Assembly (NCBI GenBank): GCA_964230645.1
Contig: CAXRHT010000003.1
Location: 288,001-352,000 of the forward strand
Direction: 5' to 3'
DNA from: Bdellovibrionales bacterium
GTDB lineage: Bacteria > Bdellovibrionota > Bdellovibrionia > Bdellovibrionales > JAGQZY01
DNA: 64,000 nucleotides
Part shown: one piece after another, positions 51,094 through 58,932 of the stretch
How positions within the stretch are numbered: the stretch's first letter is position 1
How the letters are laid out: every line of letters begins with the position of its first letter
The notes under the pieces: generated by a model
Told to the model about the DNA's origin: nothing
Databases searched by the model: none
Seen by the model: only the letters and a program-made list of their open reading frames with translations
Position numbers and translations under genes: made by a program

Positions 51094-51190
51094 GGCCGAG
51101 CGACCCGTAGCACATAGGATACAAGCTACCGTTGCTTCCTTCCGGACCTGGCGGATTTCACGAGAACGCTATTGTACGGGACTCGACCGG
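51094..51190 (-). ncRNA. ffs: Signal recognition particle RNA (4.5S), ends approximate
   Basis: Minus strand CCGCCAGGTCCGGAAGGAAGCAACGG domain-IV motif in a long hairpin directly upstream of dnaX. Confidence 0.92.
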
Positions 51191-51312
51191 GGGCAGCTTA
51201 ACGTAGGGAGTCGAAGAGGGCAAGGTAAACAAGGCCCTTGCGGCGGTGCTGCAGTCCGATTTCTTTTGCGCCTCTGTTGAGGCTTTTAGAGGAAAAGGGC
51301 ATACTTTTGAGG

Positions 51313-52089
51313 ATGGAGACTCTGTCGTATCGAAACCATGAAATTGAGGTGAAAAGAAGGGCCAGGCAAAAGCGCTTGGGAATCACTGTTTATCCCAACG
51401 GAAAAATTAGGGTCTCGGCCAATAAAAGCCTCTCACAAAGAGAAATCCTCAAGTTTCTCTCGGCTCAACAGAAGTGGCTCGAAAAGTCTCTGGAAGGTGT
51501 GAGGAAAACTCAGGAGAAGTTTCCGGTAAAACATTTCCGCTCAGGAGAAACTTACACCTTTGTTGGAAAAGACTACGTCCTATCCATTGAGTCAGGAAAA
51601 AAACTAGGATTAACGTTTCGAGAGGATCAGATGGTGCTAAGCACTCCTAGAGACGAGGATGAGTGGTCCGAGGCTTTGAGGAAGCGCTATTTTGAATCCT
51701 TCAAAAAGTCATTTAAAGACGTCGCCAAGAATATTATGACCCAAAGAATAAAGCACTGGAGTGAGGAAATGGGGCTGAAACCCACCGGGCTTCAGTTCCG
51801 CGGGCAAAAAAGCATATGGGGGAGTTGCTCTCCCGAAAACAAAATAAGCCTTAATTTTAAGCTGATCGTAGCCCCCCTCGAGGTGATCGATTATGTGATC
51901 ATTCATGAGCTCGCCCATATCAAACATAAAGACCACTCCAAGAACTTTTGGAAATTAGTTGAAAACTACACAACTCATCGCCATTTCTCACGCCGGTGGT
52001 TAAGGGAAAATCACTACGCTTGTGATTTCCTCAACAAAACCTCAGAGTTGGCTCCGGCCGATGGGGGAGCCTTAGGGCAAAAGAACTAA
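51313..52089 (+). CDS. YgjP/DUF45 family metallopeptidase-like protein
   Basis: WGSCS, ISLNFKLI, DYVIIHELAH, HSKNFW. Confidence 0.88.
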   Translation: METLSYRNHEIEVKRRARQKRLGITVYPNGKIRVSANKSLSQREILKFLSAQQKWLEKSLEGVRKTQEKFPVKHFRSGETYTFVGKDYVLSIESGKKLGLTFREDQMVLSTPRDEDEWSEALRKRYFESFKKSFKDVAKNIMTQRIKHWSEEMGLKPTGLQFRGQKSIWGSCSPENKISLNFKLIVAPLEVIDYVIIHELAHIKHKDHSKNFWKLVENYTTHRHFSRRWLRENHYACDFLNKTSELAPADGGALGQKN

Positions 52090-52200
52090 GAGTTTTAAAT
52101 TTAGCCTGAAAGTTCAGCGGTTTACGCTCTGCCTTATGAAATGGAGGTTGATCTTTCACGGAGATTTTGGAAGCCTATTATTCCAGGACAGGGAGGGGCG

Positions 52201-53118
52201 ATGGAATTTCCCGAGCTTTCACAGTTTGTAGATTTTCGCGAATATTTAAAAGCGTTTTATGATTACCAAAAAGCAAAGACGAAAAGTCGTTTGCGTCCTT
52301 ATTCCTATTCGGATTTTTCTGCTGCCGCCGATATTAAGTCACCCAATTATTTGAAGCTCATTATCGAGGGGAAAAGGAATCTGTCCCAGGAAATGTGTAA
52401 GAAGTTTTCGCGAGCTCTGAAACACTCTAAGTCTCAAGAAAAAGAATTCCGACTTCTTGTCGAATACTGCCAGGAAAAAGATCCCCATCAACGCACACAG
52501 AATTTAAAAGAGCTCTCTGAGTTTCGTGCGAAAAAATCTCTCAAATCTGGCGAGATCGATCAGCAGACATGGGATCAGGTTTCTAACTGGTTAGTCTGGG
52601 TTCTCTACGCCATGGTTGATCAAAAGGGTGTTGAGTTTACGCCGGCAAGTCTCTTAAAACTTTTAAGAGGTCGGGTGAACGAGTCGCAAGTGCAAAGAGC
52701 CATGGACAAGTTGCTCAAGGCCCAGGACATTCAAGTGGATCCTGAGAACCATTTGGCTAAAAAAACGGGATCGGCTTTATCCGGCATTGATGATGTGCCC
52801 AAAGAGTTGGTTCGAAAAATTCAAAGCGAGCTGATTTATATAGGTCTTGAGTCTCTCCATAAGCACGGCCCTCATGAGAGAGAGATCAGCGGATTCACTT
52901 TAGCGATGACCGAAAAAGAATTCGAGTGGGTTCGGTTTGAGTTGCGTAAACTGAGAAAGCAAATCCAAAAAGAGATTTCAATGAAGCGCGAGCAAAGCCA
53001 GGGCGACCGCGTCTACCAAGTGAATATGCAGCTTTTCCCTCTAACGGACTCCGTCAAAAAAGAAGAACCGAAAACTCAAGAGCGCACGCCTGAGAGGCCC
53101 CCCTCTTTACAACTTTAA
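52201..53118 (+). CDS. TIGR02147/DUF4423-type HTH protein
   Basis: DFREYLK...YSYSDFS...SPNYL...GKRNLS and VYQVNMQLFPLT; GGAGG RBS before 52201. Confidence 0.8.
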   Translation: MEFPELSQFVDFREYLKAFYDYQKAKTKSRLRPYSYSDFSAAADIKSPNYLKLIIEGKRNLSQEMCKKFSRALKHSKSQEKEFRLLVEYCQEKDPHQRTQNLKELSEFRAKKSLKSGEIDQQTWDQVSNWLVWVLYAMVDQKGVEFTPASLLKLLRGRVNESQVQRAMDKLLKAQDIQVDPENHLAKKTGSALSGIDDVPKELVRKIQSELIYIGLESLHKHGPHEREISGFTLAMTEKEFEWVRFELRKLRKQIQKEISMKREQSQGDRVYQVNMQLFPLTDSVKKEEPKTQERTPERPPSLQL

Positions 53119-53120
53119 AT

Positions 53121-54044
53121 TTAAAAGACCCCGCGGCAAAAAAGTCCCTGGGTGTTGAGATTAAGTAACCGGTCCACGGAATCTTGTATCGGTTGCGTCC
53201 AACGCCAAGACGGGTAAGCCTGAAAAAATCCCGTACTCTCTAAAAGACTTTTCACCAACAGAGCTCTGGGATGGTTGGCGGCACGAGGAAAAAGACCTCT
53301 TTCCTTAGGCATAATGTATTGAACTCGGCTGACATATCGGCGCATTAGTTCAAGTTCTGTCGGTAAAAAGTTTGGGATACCGAGTTTGGCGTATATCATC
53401 GCCCCTCGAATGACCCAATCGATGGGATGAGATTTTGCTTTCGCCCAATTGACCGTTTTGGGGTTGTTGGTAAGAATACTCTCGAAACCATTGTGAGGAT
53501 CAGACATAAATTCCGGTCCCGGTGTTCGGCCTTCTCTTTTGAAGCTTTTCAGTTCACTAATCAAAGTTTCCAAAGGACGTCCCTTGAGAGGAAAAAGAAC
53601 CTTCTCCACATCAAAAAGTCCTCTAGTATGAGCGTCCTCATAGGATTTAAAAAACTTAAAGTCCACTTGCACACCTTCGTGCTCGATAATGACGACGAAT
53701 CCATAGTGGTAGGCAAAGACCCTACCGCTGGGAGTGAGCACCTCTTTAACCATATCTAAAGTTCTATCCACTCGCCCGTACTGTCCTAAAATTTCAATAG
53801 CTTGGTCTTTTTCCCAATTGGTTCCAATGACGGCAAAATCCAAATCTCTCGGAGCAAATTTTCGTCCAAAGTAAACGTGGGTAATCATGTCGCGAGCCAG
53901 GCCAAAACCAGCATTGAGCTGATCCCCGGGAAAGAGCTCTTGAAAAGGGGCAAGGTCAGGAAGCGCATACACGGTGGGCTCTTCTTGAGCGAGAGTAATA
54001 GAAGTAACGAACAGCAACAGGGAGGCGATTAAATTTTTAAGCAT
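53121..54044 (-). CDS. Secreted protein resembling the CCA-adding/poly(A) polymerase head domain
   Basis: Signal peptide; GFGLARD...PRDLDF (DxD), DAHTRGLF, DPHNG and DWVIRG in class II NTase order. Confidence 0.55.
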   Translation of the reverse strand: MLKNLIASLLLFVTSITLAQEEPTVYALPDLAPFQELFPGDQLNAGFGLARDMITHVYFGRKFAPRDLDFAVIGTNWEKDQAIEILGQYGRVDRTLDMVKEVLTPSGRVFAYHYGFVVIIEHEGVQVDFKFFKSYEDAHTRGLFDVEKVLFPLKGRPLETLISELKSFKREGRTPGPEFMSDPHNGFESILTNNPKTVNWAKAKSHPIDWVIRGAMIYAKLGIPNFLPTELELMRRYVSRVQYIMPKERGLFPRAANHPRALLVKSLLESTGFFQAYPSWRWTQPIQDSVDRLLNLNTQGLFCRGVF

Positions 54045-54171
54045 GGCGGGACATTACTAGAGGAAATTTAAAAAATCATTCAGGCTGGAAAAAAATTTAT
54101 AAATGTCAGAAAAGTGAACAAAAGCGGAAAGGGGATGGTGGGGTAAAAAACAAAGTTCCCATGAAAAAGGC

Positions 54172-54296
54172 AAAAAAAAATCCGCTGAAGCCTAGTTCCT
54201 ATTGAAATTAAATTTTTGGGGGGGGAGATAAATTTAAATTTCGAAACTAAGACTTCAGGGATCAGCAAACGTACAACATCTATTAACGTACAACAC
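54172..54296 (-). ncRNA. Candidate sigma54-dependent small RNA or leader
   Basis: Near-consensus sigma54 box upstream, long hairpin with a C8 loop, terminal T9. Confidence 0.4.
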
Positions 54297-54306
54297 CCTC
54301 TATAGA

Positions 54307-54323
54307 AGCAATGGTTGTGCCAA
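54307..54323 (-). promoter_or_regulatory. Putative sigma54 promoter
   Basis: Minus strand TTGGCACAACCATTGCT, near-perfect TGGCAC-N5-TTGC. Confidence 0.72.
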
Positions 54324-54419
54324 GTCTCAGATCGATATATTCGCTAAGAGAGAGTCCAAAATGTAAAAATGACAATTTACGGTGCCACCCTGAAACCGAT
54401 TGATCAGTCCAAAAGGTTT

Positions 54420-55124
54420 TTAAAGTCCAAGATCAGAAACTGACTGGCGAAGCCCGTTGATGTAACTAGTTGGTCCACCATCGCGAAGTCCTAAGTTTTC
54501 ACTTAAAGCAAAATGATTGCGGCTGGTAAAGAAGAGGTCGTCAAACTGACGGGGAGGATAGCCATTTTGAATTTGCAACCATTGCGAGACTGTAAGAGGG
54601 CGTTGAGCCAGGGCCGGATCAATCACCATCATTTGCACTCGATCTCCATAACGGACAAGTACGGTGGGGGCCACATGAAAAGCCCAAGTGTAATAGCCCG
54701 CTTGTCCATCGATATTATAGTTGATCCCGGAATTTCCTGTGGCATAAACTTTTCCACTCTCAATCCCCATGGTGGCCAAGCGGTGGTTTAAGATATGGGC
54801 TCTTTGCAAACAGCCGGTTTCAATTTCACTGTAATCAAGGCCACGTCCGACACCTGTGCCCGAGCGAGCTTGCTCAAAAATATCATCGAGTCTTTCTCTT
54901 GAAATAATCGTCATTTCAACACTTTGGCCATCTTGCATAACAAGGGACTGGGAACTCTCGGAGGCCTCTGTATTTTCAAAGCAGTAGTGACACTGCCACA
55001 ATCTTTCATCGGAATAGTTAAGGGGGCCATCGTGGTTTGCTAAGATGGCCTCACTAAAAGTGTTTTCACCTTGGGCGAAAAGAGGGAGAAAAATAAAAAA
55101 AATAAAAAAGGCTCTGTTTTGCAT
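54420..55124 (-). CDS. Secreted protein-glutamine glutaminase (deamidase) family protein
   Basis: Cys-His-Asp triad motifs GCLQRAH, WAFHVAP, VIDPAL; signal peptide. Confidence 0.82.
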   Translation of the reverse strand: MQNRAFFIFFIFLPLFAQGENTFSEAILANHDGPLNYSDERLWQCHYCFENTEASESSQSLVMQDGQSVEMTIISRERLDDIFEQARSGTGVGRGLDYSEIETGCLQRAHILNHRLATMGIESGKVYATGNSGINYNIDGQAGYYTWAFHVAPTVLVRYGDRVQMMVIDPALAQRPLTVSQWLQIQNGYPPRQFDDLFFTSRNHFALSENLGLRDGGPTSYINGLRQSVSDLGL

Positions 55125-55162
55125 GTATTTTAAAGAATCCTTCCGTTCTTGGCTCTTTAAAT

Positions 55163-55179
55163 TGCAATCTTCATGCCCT
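55163..55179 (-). promoter_or_regulatory. Putative sigma54 promoter
   Basis: Minus strand AGGGCATGAAGATTGCA (GG-N10-GC). Confidence 0.55.
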
Positions 55180-55263
55180 GTGAGCCCCTCTAAGAGTGGT
55201 ATTCAGGGCTTTTTAATGCAGAAAATCTTGCAAGGGGCTTTTTTTTGTCAGCTGGAGGTTGCT

Positions 55264-55632
55264 TTAGTTGTAGTTTGGTTGAAAAAACATTTCATTGGCT
55301 CTTCCGCGCTCGCCATTGACTTGAACCTCAAGACTATCCAAAGTTTTTCCGCGTTCTAGATTGCCCTTAACGCCCTCGATGAAGTTTCGACATCCAGGTC
55401 CCTCCGCACTGATTCGTTGGCCAAAGCTGCTAAAGACCATATTTTTATGAAACAAATAATTTTCACAGAGGAGAAAGAAATTGTTCCCTTGTTGGTCAGA
55501 AAAGCGAATAACACCATCTCTTCTAAGGTCAACGTCGACAGAGTTATGTTCAATCTCATCGATTAAAACATTGTAACCTGCGACACTTTGTAAACTTAGC
55601 AATAGTACTAAAACACCGAAAAAACTCTTCAT
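55264..55632 (-). CDS. Small secreted hypothetical protein
   Basis: GGAGGAG RBS before MKSFF, signal peptide, two Cys. Confidence 0.7.
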   Translation of the reverse strand: MKSFFGVLVLLLSLQSVAGYNVLIDEIEHNSVDVDLRRDGVIRFSDQQGNNFFLLCENYLFHKNMVFSSFGQRISAEGPGCRNFIEGVKGNLERGKTLDSLEVQVNGERGRANEMFFQPNYN

Positions 55633-55665
55633 CTTCTCCTCCAAGGAATGACTTCATATTCATAG

Positions 55666-55682
55666 AGCAATCCCAATGCCGG
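55666..55682 (-). promoter_or_regulatory. Putative sigma54 promoter
   Basis: Minus strand CCGGCATTGGGATTGCT (GG-N10-GC). Confidence 0.55.
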
Positions 55683-55863
55683 CCTCTATTCTTCAGTAAT
55701 GCTTTTTAAGAATGGGGGCCTGTAATTCCTACAGAGGGAGGCTCAATTTTGGCTTACCTCTCATAAAAACGAGGGCTTGGAAAATTATTGTTTTAGACAA
55801 TGAAAAAAGGAGCCTTAGGCTCCTTCAGAGATATGTAAAATGTTTTAGCTAAAAAAGCTTAAA

Positions 55864-56754
55864 TCAAAGGGCACTTCGGCCACCTCTTGAAGGGCGGCGA
55901 TTGTTAAAAGGCGAGGCCATTTGAAAGCTACGGCAGGGGCCATTGTTCATCGCAAGGCAAAGAACATCTTCTTGGACCAAGTTCTGACTCATAAGATGAT
56001 TGGTGCCTTGGCCCGCATGACTGCAAAAATTTCGAGTCACCTCTTGAATTTGTTCTCTATTGGACTGGTTATCGACACGCCCCCCTTGGCCATCTCCACC
56101 GGTTCCTTTACGCACTGGCTGCCAAAAACAACCTACCACACCAAATTGGCCCCTATTTCCGCCAGCGATTCGATTGAGGTGTCTTTGCTCTGCCATATTT
56201 CCGTGACGGTTGGGAAGACCTGAGGCGCAATTTACCATAATCTGAGCCACACAGCGGGCGTTGTTTTCGGGGTCTTGAAGTTGAGCGTTGGTGGTGATTC
56301 GAGTTCCATCGGTGGTGGTGCAACGATGATTTCTTGCATCTCCCACTCCCATTTGTCCAAAACCTACGGCTGTTCCGTTGGGTGCGTGTGGGTTCATGGC
56401 CTCTGGGCGACAGCCGCTTTCTTTAACAAAAAAAGCTTCCGCGAGTGCGAGTAAAAATAATTTGGCGCCCGCCGGAGTTTGAAGTGGAGGGGCGCAAAAA
56501 TCAGGTTCGTTTTGCATTCCCTGAAGCACACTATTCATGGCGACGCGGCCATGATGCTCTTCTTCACGTTCATTCAGGACATTCAAAAAATCGTCAGCCC
56601 ATTCGGTACTATTGCATCGACTTCCGGAAGTACCAGGCACATCAAGTTCTGGTTCATTGCCGAAAGTTGATCCCATGGGATTAATGTCAGAGCGCATGGC
56701 CATGGAAGGGAGAGCAAAAAGGGAGGCTAAAATCAGGATAAATAAGACTTTCAC
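55864..56754 (-). CDS. Secreted lysozyme-like/SLT transglycosylase-domain protein
   Basis: KESGC (catalytic ES), AVGFGQM (GxxQ), LQDPENNARC; signal peptide. Confidence 0.7.
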   Translation of the reverse strand: MKVLFILILASLFALPSMAMRSDINPMGSTFGNEPELDVPGTSGSRCNSTEWADDFLNVLNEREEEHHGRVAMNSVLQGMQNEPDFCAPPLQTPAGAKLFLLALAEAFFVKESGCRPEAMNPHAPNGTAVGFGQMGVGDARNHRCTTTDGTRITTNAQLQDPENNARCVAQIMVNCASGLPNRHGNMAEQRHLNRIAGGNRGQFGVVGCFWQPVRKGTGGDGQGGRVDNQSNREQIQEVTRNFCSHAGQGTNHLMSQNLVQEDVLCLAMNNGPCRSFQMASPFNNRRPSRGGRSAL

Positions 56755-56757
56755 TGT

Positions 56758-57594
56758 TTACCTCAATTTCTTGTCTAAGTAGGTTTTCATTTGAAGATTG
56801 GTTTGAGCGGTAAGCTTTTCATCGTACATAAAGGGTAGTTGATGCGCTTTACCAATTTGAGAAGCCTTGGGGTTGGTAAAAGAGTGGTAAGCATCTTTCA
56901 TAGTGACTACTTTTAAGTCCGCTTTGGCTTTGTTCATTTCGCTATGGAATTTTTCAACCATCTCTGAATCCACATAAGCATCGTGCTCTGCTCGAATCCA
57001 AAGAATGGGTGCTTTTACAAAGCCAGGCTTGGCTTTTCTTTTACTACCAACGGCACCGTGAATATTCACCACCGCTTTAAAATCAAAACCTCGCCGTGCC
57101 ATTTCTGTAGCTAAGCCTCCCCCATAAGAATAGCCAACTATGGCTATTTTTCCAGGAGCTGTTTTCTCGTAGTCTCTAAGAGTGATAAAAGAAGCCATAA
57201 AAGTTTTATAAACAATTTTCTGGTTTTCACTTTCAAAAGCGGTCAGCCATCTTTTGGCTTCGTCGGGACTTGTAGTGCTTCGCCCCTCACCATAAAGATC
57301 GGCTACCATGACCACGTAGCCCCAGCTTGCGAGTTTATCGGCTTTACTTTTCATATCACTGTTTAGCCCCCAGAACTCTGGCAGAAGTAAAACCCCTGGA
57401 GCCTGGCTACCAATCCCTTTTTTATAAACCAGATAACCTTTATGGGTGCCTTTACCCACTTTGTATTCTTTTGTGGTTTGGACGAGAGGAATTGTTTTTT
57501 TAGTTTCTTTTTTTGCGAGGCTAAAGTTCCAGCTGAGTATGCAAAAAAAGAAAATCACAAATGAAAGGACATTGAAATCTTTTGAGTTTTTCAT
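56758..57594 (-). CDS. Dienelactone hydrolase family protein, secreted
   Basis: PEFWGLN, ADLYG, GYSYGG, HSFTNP. Confidence 0.87.
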   Translation of the reverse strand: MKNSKDFNVLSFVIFFFCILSWNFSLAKKETKKTIPLVQTTKEYKVGKGTHKGYLVYKKGIGSQAPGVLLLPEFWGLNSDMKSKADKLASWGYVVMVADLYGEGRSTTSPDEAKRWLTAFESENQKIVYKTFMASFITLRDYEKTAPGKIAIVGYSYGGGLATEMARRGFDFKAVVNIHGAVGSKRKAKPGFVKAPILWIRAEHDAYVDSEMVEKFHSEMNKAKADLKVVTMKDAYHSFTNPKASQIGKAHQLPFMYDEKLTAQTNLQMKTYLDKKLR

Positions 57595-57718
57595 AACTCA
57601 ATTTTAGCGGGAATAGACCTTGAGGTAGAGTCTGGTTGCCTGAATAAAGTCTATTAGGCCAGTCTAGGAAACCGATGTTTCAGGCTTAAGTCTGTGCTTT
57701 TTTCCTTTGAACGATACT

Positions 57719-58201
57719 TTAAAGAGTGGGTTCTTTTTTCTTACGCCGTTTTTTAAAAAAATCTTGCAGAAGTTGGCGGTTGTCCGCTTCAAACGCACCC
57801 TTGGACCAACGCACTTTATGATTGAGATTTTGGTTGTCAAAAATTTGAAAAAGGCTTTGGCCGCCACCCTTGGTGTCTGTGGCAGAGTAGACCACGCGAT
57901 CAAGGCGACTCTGGATGATCACTCCCGAGCACATAACGCAGGGCTCCAAACTTGTGTACAGCGTGTGGCCCGTCAGACGCCAGGTCCCTAATTTTTTGCA
58001 GGCTCGGTGAATGGCGATGGTTTCGGCATGGCCAATGGGGGTATTCAAGCTCTCACGCAAATTAAAGGACTTTGAGACCACCTCACCAGTGGAGTTATTC
58101 ACAATCATAGCTCCCACAGGAACCTCTTCTTGTTTTTGCGCTTTTTTGGCCAGGTCTAAACAAAGGGACAAGAAGGACTGATCTATTGTTTCCTGGTCCA
58201 T
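57719..58201 (-). CDS. tadA: tRNA adenosine deaminase
   Basis: EVPVGA, HAE, LEPCVMC, LLQDFF. Confidence 0.9.
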   Translation of the reverse strand: MDQETIDQSFLSLCLDLAKKAQKQEEVPVGAMIVNNSTGEVVSKSFNLRESLNTPIGHAETIAIHRACKKLGTWRLTGHTLYTSLEPCVMCSGVIIQSRLDRVVYSATDTKGGGQSLFQIFDNQNLNHKVRWSKGAFEADNRQLLQDFFKKRRKKKEPTL

Positions 58202-58274
58202 GCTTTCTCCTTATTGTTTTGCATGACAAATACTGTTATACCCACATCCTGACTAAGAAGGGAAGGTGATTCGT

Positions 58275-58472
58275 TTGGCATTCGTGAAAGTACGCGATTC
58301 AGAAGGGTTTGAGCAAGCATTCCGTAGATTTAAGAAATCTTGTGAAAAATCCGGTGTTTTGTCTGAAGTTAAAAAGAGAGAACACTATGAGAAGCCCAGT
58401 ATTCGACTAAAAAAGAAGTCGATTGCGGCTCGTAAGCGGCTAGTTAAAAAAGCCCGCAAAGGATATGATTGA
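58275..58472 (+). CDS. rpsU: 30S ribosomal protein S21
   Basis: [16 protein letters not shown] start at 58275 chosen from the AAGGTGA RBS spacing. Confidence 0.95.
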   Translation: MAFVKVRDSEGFEQAFRRFKKSCEKSGVLSEVKKREHYEKPSIRLKKKSIAARKRLVKKARKGYD

Positions 58473-58474
58473 TC

Positions 58475-58921
58475 ATGTCTTTAAAAGAACAAATCGTTAC
58501 TGATATGAAAGAAGCGATGAAAGCCCGAGACACCGAAAGGGTCTCGGCGCTACGTATGGTCAACTCGGCTCTAAAAAATAAAGAGATCGATAAAAGACCC
58601 GAACCATTAACCGATGAAGACACCATCGGTGTCTTAAAGAAGTTATCCAAGCAACGCAAAGATTCCATCGAGCAGTACCAGAAAGCGGGTCGGGATGACC
58701 TAGTGGAACAGGAACAAAGGGAGTTGGCTGTGCTGGAGAAATACTTACCGGAACAAATGAGTGAAGCTAAAATCACGGAGATTGTGGAAGCCACAATCAG
58801 TGATCTCGGTGCCTCTTCCATGAAAGATATGGGAAAAGTGATGGGTGCTGTGACGGCCAAAACCCAAGGTTCTGCTGATAACAAACTTGTGAGTCAAATC
58901 GTCAAAAACAAACTTCAATAA
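58475..58921 (+). CDS. GatB/YqeY domain protein
   Basis: DMKEAMKA, KQRKDSI, YLPEQ, MKDMGKVM. Confidence 0.93.
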   Translation: MSLKEQIVTDMKEAMKARDTERVSALRMVNSALKNKEIDKRPEPLTDEDTIGVLKKLSKQRKDSIEQYQKAGRDDLVEQEQRELAVLEKYLPEQMSEAKITEIVEATISDLGASSMKDMGKVMGAVTAKTQGSADNKLVSQIVKNKLQ

Positions 58922-58932
58922 GGGGAACTCCA

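Noticed and set aside
51072..51312. Short ORFs and extensions of dnaX and the DUF45 gene
   Set aside because: They overlap the SRP RNA and its promoter region; family-typical starts are at 51071 and 51313.
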